DNA from: Nitrospira sp.
Lineage (GTDB): Bacteria; Nitrospirota; Nitrospiria; Nitrospirales; Nitrospiraceae
DNA length: 64,000 nt
Direction of reading: 5' to 3'
Assembly (NCBI GenBank): GCA_047150005.1
Contig: AP038806.1
Location: 1,984,001-2,048,000 of the forward strand
Made by a program: the position numbers and the translations under genes. Shown piece by piece: positions 26,481-36,897 of the stretch. Position 1 is the stretch's first letter. Every line of letters starts with the position of its first letter. Under the pieces are notes generated by a model that was not told the origin of the DNA, did no database searches, and was given only the letters and a program-made list of their open reading frames with translations.

Positions 26481-27542
26481 ATGCCGAAGATCGAATCACA
26501 GGAAAACCTCCATCAAGATTCCGATCGCCTAGAGCCTCTGTGGGCGACATGGGGAGATGAGCAACTCCTCGATCTGCCGATCCGGCGGCTCGGCGTCAGT
26601 CTTCATAGCCCCTTCTTGACCACACAGATCGAACGCCTGCATCAGGAACTCGAGGCTAAGCGCCTGCGATTTCGACCACATTTTTGGCTGTCGAACGAAT
26701 GGTTTACGCCAGATGGGGTGCCGGGAATCGCTCTTCCGTTCTATCTGGCCCATCCGCGATTGGTCAAACTTGAGTTGGCCCAGATGCTGGAGGTCGAAGG
26801 CGGTACGCCTGAATGGTGCATGAGAATCCTTCGTCATGAAGCGGGACATGCCATCGAAAATGCCTACTGTATCAGGAGGCTTCATAGCCGCCAGCGCATT
26901 TTTGGACGGTCTTCGGAACCATACCCGAAATACTACAGTCCTCGTCCCTACAGTCGGAGTTACGTACGCCATCTGGACCTATGGTATGCGCAAAGCCATC
27001 CAGATGAAGACTTCGCGGAGACATTCGCGGTCTGGTTGACTCCGGACTCGATGTGGGCCGACCGGTACAAGGGGTGGCCCGTGCTGCGCAAGCTTCAATA
27101 CATGGACGGTCTCATGCGGGACCTTGTGGGTGTCGAACCCAAGGTCGTGACGACGGAGACGGTTGATCCGCTGCATTCCCTCAAGCGAACACTGCGGGAA
27201 CATTATGACCGCAAGCGAGCCCATTATGGTATCGAGCGGCCGTCGTTCTACGATCCGGATCTGAAGCGACTATTTTCCGAGGTTCCCCTGCACGCCGATC
27301 GAATGAGCGCAGCCGCCTTCTTGAAACGGTTTCGCCGGGAGGTGCGCCGCAAAGTCGCGGGATGGACCGGTGAGTATCAGTACACAATCGATCAGGTCCT
27401 TGAAGACATGATCTGTCGTTGCCAGCAGCTGCGGCTGAAAGTTCCGGTCCCGGAGGAACAGGTCAAGCTGGATTTTACGATTCTGCTGACCGTGCATACG
27501 ATGAACTACCTGCGAAGCGGACGCCACAAGGTGGCCGTATGA
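26481..27542 (+). CDS. putative zinc-binding metallopeptidase (Peptidase_Mx-like)
   Basis: LRHEAGHA (HExxH) and YAQSHPDEDFAETFAVWL. Confidence 0.8.
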   Translation: MPKIESQENLHQDSDRLEPLWATWGDEQLLDLPIRRLGVSLHSPFLTTQIERLHQELEAKRLRFRPHFWLSNEWFTPDGVPGIALPFYLAHPRLVKLELAQMLEVEGGTPEWCMRILRHEAGHAIENAYCIRRLHSRQRIFGRSSEPYPKYYSPRPYSRSYVRHLDLWYAQSHPDEDFAETFAVWLTPDSMWADRYKGWPVLRKLQYMDGLMRDLVGVEPKVVTTETVDPLHSLKRTLREHYDRKRAHYGIERPSFYDPDLKRLFSEVPLHADRMSAAAFLKRFRREVRRKVAGWTGEYQYTIDQVLEDMICRCQQLRLKVPVPEEQVKLDFTILLTVHTMNYLRSGRHKVAV

Positions 27543-28561
27543 AGCGACTCAGGATACTGGTGCTGATGCATGAAGACTTGGTCCCTCCGGATCATCTGAG
27601 CGGACAGGACTTGAAGGAAATGCAATGGAAGACGGAATACGATGTCGTGAGTACGCTCCGAAAGCTCGGCCACGACGTAAGACCGTTGGGCGTCAAGAGT
27701 GATTTGGGTGTCATTCGGGCTGCGGTCGAGAAATGGAAACCGCAGATCGCGTTCAACCTTCTGGAGGAATTCGATGGGGTGGCGGTCTATGACCAGAACG
27801 TCGTCTCGTATCTTGAGCTCCTCCGGGTTCCTTACACCGGATGCAACCCTCGCGGATTGATGCTCGCCCGGGACAAAGTCTTGTCGAAGAAACTGTTCTC
27901 ATTCCATCGTATTCCATTCCCTGATTTTATGATGGTGCCGCTGGGGCGCGCCGTGAAGCGGCCGACCTGGTTGTCGTTCCCGCTCATTGTGAAGTCGGTC
28001 ACCGAGGAGGCTTCCCTTGGTATTTCTCAGGCTTCTATTGTGGAGGACGACGAGAAACTCAAGGAGCGGGTGGCCTTTGTTCACCAGAGTCTTGAGACGG
28101 GAGCGCTGATCGAACGGTACATCGAAGGGCGGGAATTGTACGTCGGTGTCGTGGGAAACGGACATCTTCACGCATTTCCGGTATGGGAACTCAGAATGGA
28201 CAAACTTCCGGATGAGGCGCGTCGGATTGCGACCGAACGTGTCAAGTGGAGCCGCAAGTATCAGGAGAAGTACGGGATCACATCCAAGGAAGCCAGAAAC
28301 TTGCCGGACGGGAAGGCGGCGGAAATCCAGCACCTCGCGAAGCGAGTTTATCGTGCGTTAGGGCTCAGCGGCTATGCGCGCATCGACATGCGGATGGACG
28401 AAACCGGGCGATTGTACGTGCTGGAGGCCAATCCGAACCCCCAAATTGCACAAGACGAAGATTTCGCTAATTCAGCCGGCAAGGCTGACTATCAGTACAA
28501 AGAACTTCTGCAGGAATTGCTCGGCGTCGGACTTCGCTGGCAGCCCGCCAAGGCGGCCTAG
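27539..28561 (+). CDS. D-Ala-D-Ala-ligase-like ATP-grasp protein
   Basis: PYTG, DKVLSK, FPLIVK, ERYIEGRE, GYARIDMR, LEANPNP; ATGA overlap with the peptidase. Confidence 0.85.
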   Translation: MKRLRILVLMHEDLVPPDHLSGQDLKEMQWKTEYDVVSTLRKLGHDVRPLGVKSDLGVIRAAVEKWKPQIAFNLLEEFDGVAVYDQNVVSYLELLRVPYTGCNPRGLMLARDKVLSKKLFSFHRIPFPDFMMVPLGRAVKRPTWLSFPLIVKSVTEEASLGISQASIVEDDEKLKERVAFVHQSLETGALIERYIEGRELYVGVVGNGHLHAFPVWELRMDKLPDEARRIATERVKWSRKYQEKYGITSKEARNLPDGKAAEIQHLAKRVYRALGLSGYARIDMRMDETGRLYVLEANPNPQIAQDEDFANSAGKADYQYKELLQELLGVGLRWQPAKAA

Positions 28562-28969
28562 ATCTCGCCCATCTCACTCTGTCCCGCCAGCCGCTGTGGA
28601 AATGGTCTCTCGTCGGGGTTAACAGCATCATCAGCCCCACGAAACAATCCGGATCTCGTCGTCATAGACCGAGTTACAACCGAACGTAAAGACGGTGTCG
28701 CTGATGGTCCGGCGGTAAATCCGAGACCGCTTCGAAACTCCACCGGTGTTCATCGGCAAGGGCCGCCAGGCTGGCAATCATCGAACTGGTGCGGATCACA
28801 GCCGCGGCCACAGCTCGAGCGTAAAATGGGGAGAGAAATCGGCGCATGCCGCACGGCACGCCAACCGAGGGAGGTTATGCCAACAAGTTGCTTGAGCGGG
28901 AAAACAGGCTGAGTTATTCTCGCGCCTCAACTTGACCACCGTGTGACGCCGGGAGCAGGAGCACAGTCC

Positions 28970-29446
28970 ATGACGCCCAACGAAGCGGCAGCAGCGCTGA
29001 TCGGCGCATTACCGAAGAGCATATCTCCGTCGAATCTAGAAGAATACGGGATCGACGCCACAGTGGAGCGAGCACAGCAGGTTTCCTGTGAGCTGTTGTG
29101 TCTGAACCTGTTCTGGATCTCCGCAGCGGTCGAGGCCCACATCCCGCGAAAATACCAGCAGCTTGTACGGGAACTCGTTCTCCAGTCGGTGGAATCATGG
29201 TGGGCGACGGCTCCTCCCTTTGGTCCCATCACCTGGATGTCTTTCCTTGCAGAATGGGAGGATCGGGCGCGGCGCTATGACCAGGTTATGCAACAGGCGG
29301 GGAACACGATGGCCGTTCATACAGAAGCCGCCATCTATTTGGAGGAGCAGCGGATTGTGAGCGAAGACGAGCGCGGACGACTTCTCGCTCTTGTCATGGA
29401 TTCAGTGCCCGTCGATGTCTATGGCCATGTGCTGCAGAACATCTGA
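28970..29446 (+). CDS. hypothetical protein
   Basis: Unshadowed helical ORF; AGGAG RBS before ATG 28970. Confidence 0.65.
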   Translation: MTPNEAAAALIGALPKSISPSNLEEYGIDATVERAQQVSCELLCLNLFWISAAVEAHIPRKYQQLVRELVLQSVESWWATAPPFGPITWMSFLAEWEDRARRYDQVMQQAGNTMAVHTEAAIYLEEQRIVSEDERGRLLALVMDSVPVDVYGHVLQNI

Positions 29447-29460
29447 AAGGGCCGCAGGTG

Positions 29461-30066
29461 CTATAGGTAGCGGTGGCTCACGACCTTTCCGTTGCCGTCG
29501 AGTTCGTAGAGCAAGGGAGCTCCTGTCGGAATATTGAGTTCCAGCACCTGCGCCCGCGACAGCTGCTCCAGTTCCATGACCAGGGCTCGCAGACTATTTC
29601 CGTGGGCGGCGATGAGGATCGTTTCCCCTTTCAAGACGTGGGGCTTGATCGTCTTTTCATAGTACGGCAGCACCCGTTCGGCGGTATCCTTCAGGCTTTC
29701 TCCGCCGGGCGGACGGACATCATAGCTGCGCCGCCAAATTTTCACCTGCTCATCACCGTATTTCTTCGCTGTCTCTGCTTTATTCAACCCCTGTAGATCA
29801 CCGTACATTCGCTCGTTCAGCGCTTTGTCCTTTTGAATGGGAATCTGCGTCTGACCGGTGGTTTCAAGCGCGAGCCGTAATGTTTCGTTGGCTCTCGTCA
29901 GCACCGAAGTGAATGCACGGTCGAAGGTGAAACCCCGGAGTTTCTCGCCGGCGTTCTTGGCTTCTTGGATTCCGCGTTCCGATAACGGGACGTCGACCCA
30001 TCCCGTAAAGCGATTTTCGAGATTCCACTGCGATTCTCCGTGCCGCAGCAATATCAACCGCGCCAT
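29461..30066 (-). CDS. gpmA: 2,3-bisphosphoglycerate-dependent phosphoglycerate mutase
   Basis: [40 protein letters not shown]. Confidence 0.95.
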   Translation of the reverse strand: MARLILLRHGESQWNLENRFTGWVDVPLSERGIQEAKNAGEKLRGFTFDRAFTSVLTRANETLRLALETTGQTQIPIQKDKALNERMYGDLQGLNKAETAKKYGDEQVKIWRRSYDVRPPGGESLKDTAERVLPYYEKTIKPHVLKGETILIAAHGNSLRALVMELEQLSRAQVLELNIPTGAPLLYELDGNGKVVSHRYL

Positions 30067-30211
30067 TGCCGTACTCCTCAGATCAAAGTCAACGTTCGTT
30101 GCCGAAAGCCACACAAGAATACTGAATCGCGACTTCAAGTCAAGCATTGCTTTCACAGAGGCACGGCAGTACCATGCCGCTCGTTCGCCTCAAGAAGAGT
30201 CGGCTTCCGGC

Positions 30212-31036
30212 ATGAATTCCACACATTTGCCTGACGGTAACCCCGATCACCTCGAGACCTGGTGGGTCACAATGGCCGAGCGACTATGCGTGGCAGACCG
30301 TGCCCGGGTGTTCTTCAGCGGCATCAAGGCCGGCCACCTGCTGCAGCGGATTGAACAGGTCGGCGGGAAGGTTGAATACGTCCTTTTCGTCTTGGTGCGC
30401 TATTGGGTACCGACGGTGTTGCCGCCACCTGGTCGGGAGCGGCTCACCAAGAACGATCCGGACTACTGGCTGGAGTCAGAGCAGATCCTGAAAACCGCGG
30501 CCGCGCGGCTTCGCGAACTCAAACCGATCATCGAGCTTCTGACGATGCCCGGCCATCAGATTGATCCCGCCGCGGTGAGCCACGCCAGTCCGTCGGCGAT
30601 CATGGAGTTGGAGCTTGCCAACGTGGTCGAAGGGCTGGGTGAGGCCGCTGGGACCTACGGAGGACCGGACTATACGTCGATCGTCAAAGCGTTCGATCCC
30701 GTGCCTCTCAGGCAGACTCAGCCGTTCAAGCACAACAAGAAACACAGCGCGGAGCTGTGGGTGGTCTTCCTGCTCCGCGAACATTTCCGAAGCCTCGGCT
30801 TGGGGAAAGATCGCTACTGGCCTCTGATTGCGCCTCTATGCACCGCGGCCGGCATCTTGAACCCGAACGGGCAGGCGTACGGTCCGGACGAGCTCAAGTC
30901 ATGGTGGCAGAAAAATTGGCCCCGAACCTATACGCAATTGGAGCAGAAACAGGAAGCGGCGGATTCGGGCGGAGCGGCCTATGAACAGGATCTTGTCTGG
31001 TTTCAGGGATGGATGGGCTGGCAACGACGACGATGA
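30212..31036 (+). CDS. hypothetical protein
   Basis: Long ORF divergent from gpmA; start moved to ATG 30212 to avoid overlap. Confidence 0.65.
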   Translation: MNSTHLPDGNPDHLETWWVTMAERLCVADRARVFFSGIKAGHLLQRIEQVGGKVEYVLFVLVRYWVPTVLPPPGRERLTKNDPDYWLESEQILKTAAARLRELKPIIELLTMPGHQIDPAAVSHASPSAIMELELANVVEGLGEAAGTYGGPDYTSIVKAFDPVPLRQTQPFKHNKKHSAELWVVFLLREHFRSLGLGKDRYWPLIAPLCTAAGILNPNGQAYGPDELKSWWQKNWPRTYTQLEQKQEAADSGGAAYEQDLVWFQGWMGWQRRR

Positions 31037-31051
31037 TCGAGTCGTCGGCCC

Positions 31052-31696
31052 TCAGGCTTCAATCAGCGCCGCCGGTTGAGCCGGCTTGGCAGGATGACGG
31101 TCTTTGTCCGAGAGTTCCTCCTGAGCCATCTTGAACATGACCAACAGAAAGAGCATGTAGAAGGCGATGCCGACCCAGATCACGTAAGGCTGCACGCCGC
31201 CGGCCTCTCGGATCGCCCGTTCGCGCTTTGCCGGATCCTCTCCGCTCCTGCGCTTGATCTCACCGATCTGCTCGCGACAATGCCAATAATAGACGTAATT
31301 GCCCGTCGCGCCAGCCATGATGCTCCAGACGATGCCGACCGTGACGTCGCCGGTCAGATAGGTGGACACCATGGGGCCGATCGCGTAGACCATCGCATAG
31401 AGGTACATCTTTCTGTACAGGAACCAGAGGAAGGAAATGAACAGAAAGGCCGGCCAATTCCACGTCAGAGCGAACTGGGGTGCCTGCGCCGATCCGAATT
31501 TCTTGAATTGCTCCAGATACCAGTCTGAGTGGGGGCCGATGAAAGCCCTCAACAGGTCGAGGTCCGTGAGGGGCGTGCCATCAGGCGAAGAGAAAGCCGG
31601 TTGAGCCTCGACGATCGAAGAGAGATTCGCTCCGCACTGATAGCAATATTTGGAATCGTCCTGGTTCTGTTGGGTGCACTGAGGACAGGGTTGCAT
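31052..31696 (-). CDS. zinc-ribbon / DUF2628 membrane protein
   Basis: CPQC..CYQCG ribbon; WNWPAFL..WFLYRKMY. Confidence 0.8.
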   Translation of the reverse strand: MQPCPQCTQQNQDDSKYCYQCGANLSSIVEAQPAFSSPDGTPLTDLDLLRAFIGPHSDWYLEQFKKFGSAQAPQFALTWNWPAFLFISFLWFLYRKMYLYAMVYAIGPMVSTYLTGDVTVGIVWSIMAGATGNYVYYWHCREQIGEIKRRSGEDPAKRERAIREAGGVQPYVIWVGIAFYMLFLLVMFKMAQEELSDKDRHPAKPAQPAALIEA

Positions 31697-31747
31697 CGCT
31701 TCTGAGACTATCACATCGGGAGACCGGCTGGGAGAGAGCCTTCACGG

Positions 31748-31776
31748 TTGCTTTCAGGGGCGTCCTATGCTAGCGT
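31748..31776 (+). promoter_or_regulatory. sigma70-like promoter of the arg operon
   Basis: TTGCTT-17 bp-TAGCGT with an extended TG. Confidence 0.35.
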
Positions 31777-31805
31777 CCCTTTCTTTACAAGGGGATACGA
31801 CTGTC

Positions 31806-33017
31806 ATGCCCACGGAGGAACTCAAGAACGCGTCCGATCAGATCTTGATGGGCACATACACCCGTCAGCCGATTTCGATCGTGAGAGGCCGAGGGATCAA
31901 GGTCTACGACCTCGAGGGGCGGGAATACACGGACTTCGTTGCCGGGGTGGCCGTCAATGTACTCGGCCATAGCCATCCGGATCTGGTCGCCGCCATCCAG
32001 CGGCAGGCGGCCCAACTCATCCATGCGTCCAACCTGTATTACACGGAGCCGCAGGTTAAGTTGGCCCAGATGCTCGTCGATCACTCCTTTGCCGAGCGAG
32101 TCTTCTTCTGTAACAGCGGTGCGGAGGCCAACGAGGCGGCGATCAAGCTGGCTCGGCGCTATTCGTACGGCAAGTATGGGCCCGGTCGGTATGAAATCGT
32201 GACCATGAAGAACTCGTTCCATGGCCGTACGATGGCGACCCTCACGGCGACGGGGCAGGACAAAGTCCAGACGGGATATGAGCCGCTGCTTCCCGGCTTC
32301 TCCTATGTCGAGTTCAATCATTTTGCGAAACTGGAACAGGCCATAGGCGACAAGACCGCGGCGGTCATGATCGAACCGATCCAAGGCGAAGGAGGCGTGC
32401 ACGTCGCCGATCGTGAATACCTCAAGGCGGTGCGCGAGCTCTGTTCACGGCGGGATATGCTCTTGATTTTTGACGAGGTGCAAACCGGCATGGGGCGCAC
32501 CGGGACACTCTTCGCGTATGAACAGTTCGGAGTCGAGCCGGACATCATGACCTTGGCCAAAGGGCTCGGTGGGGGCATGCCGATCGGCGCCTGTCTCGCC
32601 AAGGATTCGGTAGCACAGGCATTGACGCCGGGTTCGCACGGGTCGACCTTCGGCGGCAATCCGCTTGCGTGCGCGGCGGCGCTGGCCGTGTTTCGCGTAT
32701 TGCTCGAAGGCCGAGTGCTCGATCAAGCCAGGCAGATGGGCGACTATTTGGTGAAGGGACTCCTGGAATGTAAAGACCGCCATCATGCGGTGCGCGCGGT
32801 ACGAGGGCTTGGCCTCCTGCAAGGAATGGAAGTGGAGATGGACGCCAAGAGCGTCGTCAGCGAATGCTTGAGGCGGGGGGTGCTCATCAACGCGACCAGT
32901 GAACGCGTCTTGCGATTCATACCTCCGCTGATTGTCACCGAGCGCGACATCGATCGGTTGATCGAGGTCTTGTCCCACGTATTCAACCGACATGCGATCG
33001 AATCGCCGGGACATTGA
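31806..33017 (+). CDS. argD: acetylornithine aminotransferase
   Basis: NSGAEANEAAIK, FHGRT, EPIQGEGG, DEVQTG, AKGLGGG, HGSTFGGNPL. Confidence 0.93.
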   Translation: MPTEELKNASDQILMGTYTRQPISIVRGRGIKVYDLEGREYTDFVAGVAVNVLGHSHPDLVAAIQRQAAQLIHASNLYYTEPQVKLAQMLVDHSFAERVFFCNSGAEANEAAIKLARRYSYGKYGPGRYEIVTMKNSFHGRTMATLTATGQDKVQTGYEPLLPGFSYVEFNHFAKLEQAIGDKTAAVMIEPIQGEGGVHVADREYLKAVRELCSRRDMLLIFDEVQTGMGRTGTLFAYEQFGVEPDIMTLAKGLGGGMPIGACLAKDSVAQALTPGSHGSTFGGNPLACAAALAVFRVLLEGRVLDQARQMGDYLVKGLLECKDRHHAVRAVRGLGLLQGMEVEMDAKSVVSECLRRGVLINATSERVLRFIPPLIVTERDIDRLIEVLSHVFNRHAIESPGH

Positions 33018-33033
33018 CCAGCTAGGTGTCCAA

Positions 33034-34005
33034 ATGAAGCGACGACCCCGTCAGAGGACGGGATTGGGAAAAGACCTGCTGGACGTCGCGGCGATCCCGC
33101 GAGGCGAGATCGAGTACCTCCTCACCCTCGCCGCCCGCCTGAAAGACAAGCACCGCCGCGGGATTTCCCATCCGCTGCTCCAAGGCAAGACGCTGGGACT
33201 CTTGTTCCAGAAGCCTTCGACGCGCACCAGGGTTTCGTTCGAAGCGGGTATGAATCAGTTGGGCGGCCATGCGCTGGTCTTGCCGATGGGCGATATTCAG
33301 CTGTCGCGCGGCGAAAGCGTTGCCGACACGGCGCGGGTGTTGTCCCGGTATCTCGACGGGATCGTCGTCCGCACCTATAACCATGCCACCGTGGAGGAAT
33401 GGGCCGCCGAAGCGACGATGCCGGTGATCAACGGGTTGACCGATCTCAGCCACCCCTGCCAGGCATTGTCGGACTTGCTGACGATGCGCGAGAAAAAGGG
33501 AGCGCTCCGCGGTCTGAAGGTCGCCTACGTCGGCGACGGCAACAATGTCGCGAATTCGCTCATCGAAGCGGCTGCGAAAATGGGCATGACGATCGCTCTC
33601 GGCTGTCCGTCCGGCTATCAACCGGATCAACACGTCATTGATCGGGCGAGGGTGGTGGCGGTTGGCACGGGAGCCACCATCGAACTGGGGCATGACCCGC
33701 AGGTCGCGGTCAAGGAAGCGGATGTGATTTATGCCGACGTGTGGATCAGCATGGGCCGAGAACGGGAGCAGGCGCGACGACTCAAGGTGTTGGCTCCCTA
33801 CCAGGTGAACACTCGTCTCGTCAGCCGGGCGAAGCCCGACGCGATCGTCATGCATTGTTTGCCCGCACATCGAGGTGAAGAGATTACCGAGGAAGTGCTG
33901 GACGGCCCGCAATCCGTCGTCATCGACCAGGCCGAGAATCGGTTGCATATGCAGAAGGCCATTTTGACCAGGCTTTTGGGAAAAAGGAAACAACGCGCAT
34001 CATGA
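33034..34005 (+). CDS. argF: ornithine carbamoyltransferase
   Basis: [30 protein letters not shown]. Confidence 0.96.
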   Translation: MKRRPRQRTGLGKDLLDVAAIPRGEIEYLLTLAARLKDKHRRGISHPLLQGKTLGLLFQKPSTRTRVSFEAGMNQLGGHALVLPMGDIQLSRGESVADTARVLSRYLDGIVVRTYNHATVEEWAAEATMPVINGLTDLSHPCQALSDLLTMREKKGALRGLKVAYVGDGNNVANSLIEAAAKMGMTIALGCPSGYQPDQHVIDRARVVAVGTGATIELGHDPQVAVKEADVIYADVWISMGREREQARRLKVLAPYQVNTRLVSRAKPDAIVMHCLPAHRGEEITEEVLDGPQSVVIDQAENRLHMQKAILTRLLGKRKQRAS

Positions 34006-35213
34006 CTCGTCCTATCAACAAAGTGGTGCTTGCCTATTCCGGCGGGCTCGATACGTCGGTCATCCTGAAGTGGCTTCAGGAAACGTATGAAGCCGAGGTC
34101 ATTGCCTTCTGCGCCGATCTCGGCCAGGGAGAAGATCTCAAGGCCGTCAAGGCGAAAGCGCAAGCCCTTGGGGTGAAACGAGTCTACGTGGAGGATCTCC
34201 GTGAGACGTTCGTTGCGGACTATGTGTTTCCCATGTTGCGTGGCAATGCGCTGTACGAAGGGTCGTATCTCTTGGGTACGTCGATCGCGCGGCCACTGAT
34301 CGGCCGCCGTCAGGCCGAAATTGCCTTGAAGGAAGGCGCCGACGCCGTCTCGCATGGCGCCACGGGCAAGGGAAACGACCAGGTTCGGTTCGAGTTGACC
34401 TATATGGCGCTGGCTCCCCGGCTCAAGGTCATTGCTCCGTGGCGGGAGTGGACCATGCGATCACGCCGGGAATTGATCGAGTACGCCGAGCGATACCACA
34501 TTCCCGTCACGGCGACCAAGGCCAAGCCATACAGCATGGATTTGAATCTGTTTCACGTGAGTTACGAAGGGGGTATTCTGGAAGATCCCTGGGAAGCGCC
34601 GCCGGATGAGATCTTCCAGATGACGGTCTCGCCCGAACAAGCGCCGAACAGGGCGATCGAAGTCGCCATCGATTACGAAGCGGGAAACCCCGTGGCCGTA
34701 GACGGGAAAAAGATGAGTCCGGCGCGATTGCTCGCCCATCTCAACCAGCTGGGCGGGGCACACGGGATCGGACGCGTCGACCTCGTGGAAAACCGCTATG
34801 TCGGTATGAAGTCGCGCGGTGTCTACGAGACGCCGGGGGGAACGATTCTCCATGTCGCCCATCGGGGGCTTGAGTCTCTGACGATGGACCGCGAGGTGCT
34901 GCATCTCAGGGACAGTTTGATTCCGCGCTATGCGGATCTGATTTACAACGGATACTGGTTTAGCCCCGAGAGGGAGATGATTCAGACGGCGATCGACGAG
35001 GCCCAACGAGATGTGACCGGCACCGCGCGGGTCAAACTCTACAAGGGGAACTGCATCCTCGTCGGTCGCCGGTCGAAGCAGTCGCTGTACCGGCTCGATA
35101 TCGCCACATTTGAGGAAGATGAGGTGTATGACCAAAAGGACGCGGAAGGCTTCATTCGTTTGAATGCGTTGCGTCTGAAAATCCGAGCGCAGCGAAAGAA
35201 GGCCTCGTCCTGA
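34002..35213 (+). CDS. argG: argininosuccinate synthase
   Basis: [39 protein letters not shown]. Confidence 0.97.
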   Translation: MTRPINKVVLAYSGGLDTSVILKWLQETYEAEVIAFCADLGQGEDLKAVKAKAQALGVKRVYVEDLRETFVADYVFPMLRGNALYEGSYLLGTSIARPLIGRRQAEIALKEGADAVSHGATGKGNDQVRFELTYMALAPRLKVIAPWREWTMRSRRELIEYAERYHIPVTATKAKPYSMDLNLFHVSYEGGILEDPWEAPPDEIFQMTVSPEQAPNRAIEVAIDYEAGNPVAVDGKKMSPARLLAHLNQLGGAHGIGRVDLVENRYVGMKSRGVYETPGGTILHVAHRGLESLTMDREVLHLRDSLIPRYADLIYNGYWFSPEREMIQTAIDEAQRDVTGTARVKLYKGNCILVGRRSKQSLYRLDIATFEEDEVYDQKDAEGFIRLNALRLKIRAQRKKASS

Positions 35214-36622
35214 TGGCTGCCGGGGGCAACCGTCAGCATAGGGCGGCAGCCGGCGGCAAGGCCTGGGAAGGACGGTTCCGTGAAAAGACGAACCGTCTGG
35301 TGGAAGCCTTTACCGGCTCGGTCGGCGTCGACCGCCGCATGTATGCCGAGGACATTCAAGGCAGCATCGCCCATTGCAAGACGCTGAAGAAGGCGGGCGT
35401 CTTGTCGGCGGCCGACACCGCCGCCATCGTTCGCGGTCTGGAAGCCGTGCGGGCCGAACTGGATCGTGGACGGTTCCGATTCTTGCCCGAGGATGAAGAC
35501 ATTCATATGGCGATTGAACGGCGCTTGACGGAGATGATCGGTCCGATCGGCGGCAAGCTGCATACCGGCCGGAGCCGAAACGATCAAGTCGCGTTGGACA
35601 TCCGGCTGTATCTCCGCAGTCAATTGGATCGCTTGCAGGGCGAGTTGCAGGAATTTCAACGGGTTCTGGTGGCTAAGGCGAAGGCCAATCGCGCCGTCGT
35701 AATGCCGGGCTACACGCATCTCCAGCGGGCCCAGCCGGTGCTCTTTGCTCATCACCTCCTGGCGTATGTGGATATGTTGGCGCGGGACAAGAGCCGGCTG
35801 CACGATGCCTATGCCCGACTCAATGTCATGCCGTTGGGATCGGGAGCCCTGGCCGGCACAAATTATCCGGTAGACCGCCGCTATACCGCGGGATTGTTGG
35901 GGTTTCCCGGGGTGACGACGAACAGCCTCGACGCGGTCTCGGATCGAGACTTCATGATCGAAGTCACTGCGGCCCTCTCGATCGTGATGATGCACCTGTC
36001 CCGGTTGAGCGAAGAATTGATCGTGTGGTCATCGCAGGAATTTCGATTTGTTGATTTGCCGGACGGATTCTGCACCGGCAGTAGTATGATGCCTCAGAAG
36101 AAGAACCCAGATGTGCCGGAACTGATCCGCGGGAAGACCGGCCGGGTCTATGGACAGTTGATGAATCTCTTGACTACGTTGAAGGCCCTGCCGCTGAGTT
36201 ATAATAGGGACCTGCAGGAGGACAAGCCGGCGCTGTTCGACGCACTGGATACGGTCATGTCCTCGGTGCGGATCTTGACCGAGTTGATGCGGCGATTGAA
36301 GGTGAATCGAGAGGTCTTGGCGGAAGCCGTTCGGAAGGGACATCTCCTCGCGACGGAGTTGGCCGACTATCTGGTCGCGCGAGGCGTGCCGTTTCGGGAG
36401 GCTCATGCGGTGACCGGCCGGATCGTCCTGGCTGCCTTGGATAGCAAGCGGGAACTTGTCGACTTTTCGTTGGACGAACTGCGGATGTTTTCCGACCGCA
36501 TCGATAAAGAAGTCTTCGCTCGTTTATCCGTCCCGGCTGCCATTGATCGGAAGGCGCAGATAGGCGGCACGGCGCGAGTTCGGGTGGAGCAGCGCATCAA
36601 GGAGTTGGAGCGGTCCTTGTGA
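35213..36622 (+). CDS. argH: argininosuccinate lyase
   Basis: HTGRSRNDQ, PGYTHLQRAQP, GSSMMPQKKNPD, YNRDLQEDK. Confidence 0.97.
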   Translation: MAAGGNRQHRAAAGGKAWEGRFREKTNRLVEAFTGSVGVDRRMYAEDIQGSIAHCKTLKKAGVLSAADTAAIVRGLEAVRAELDRGRFRFLPEDEDIHMAIERRLTEMIGPIGGKLHTGRSRNDQVALDIRLYLRSQLDRLQGELQEFQRVLVAKAKANRAVVMPGYTHLQRAQPVLFAHHLLAYVDMLARDKSRLHDAYARLNVMPLGSGALAGTNYPVDRRYTAGLLGFPGVTTNSLDAVSDRDFMIEVTAALSIVMMHLSRLSEELIVWSSQEFRFVDLPDGFCTGSSMMPQKKNPDVPELIRGKTGRVYGQLMNLLTTLKALPLSYNRDLQEDKPALFDALDTVMSSVRILTELMRRLKVNREVLAEAVRKGHLLATELADYLVARGVPFREAHAVTGRIVLAALDSKRELVDFSLDELRMFSDRIDKEVFARLSVPAAIDRKAQIGGTARVRVEQRIKELERSL

Positions 36623-36861
36623 CGGCACGATGGCTTGCGTGGCTTGCGGCGGGACTCTCTGTGTCCTGCGGGACGGTCGGAGCCCCCATTGCTCCTGAGA
36701 ATGTAGGAGTAGCGGTGACGATCGAACAACAGAAGCGCCTCGATGCTGCGGGAGTTCAGCGCCCGGGCGCAGCGGCTCCTGTGGAGCGTGGCGACGTCGA
36801 TCCTGCCGTGCAGGGTCAGGATGTGGATTTGCCGCCTCTGCGGCCGGTTGGCGGCAGATAG
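36619..36861 (+). CDS. small lipoprotein (LppL/LptM-like)
   Basis: Signal ending in Cys then CGTVGAPIAPE; located between argH and lysA, where lppL commonly lies. Confidence 0.6.
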   Translation: MTARWLAWLAAGLSVSCGTVGAPIAPENVGVAVTIEQQKRLDAAGVQRPGAAAPVERGDVDPAVQGQDVDLPPLRPVGGR

Positions 36862-36897
36862 GTCCATCACCTTGACGCGAAAGTCCAGGAGGCACCG

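Noticed and set aside
27539..28561. Calling this gene ddl or van
   Set aside because: Lacks the canonical Ddl signature motifs and a cell-wall or resistance gene context
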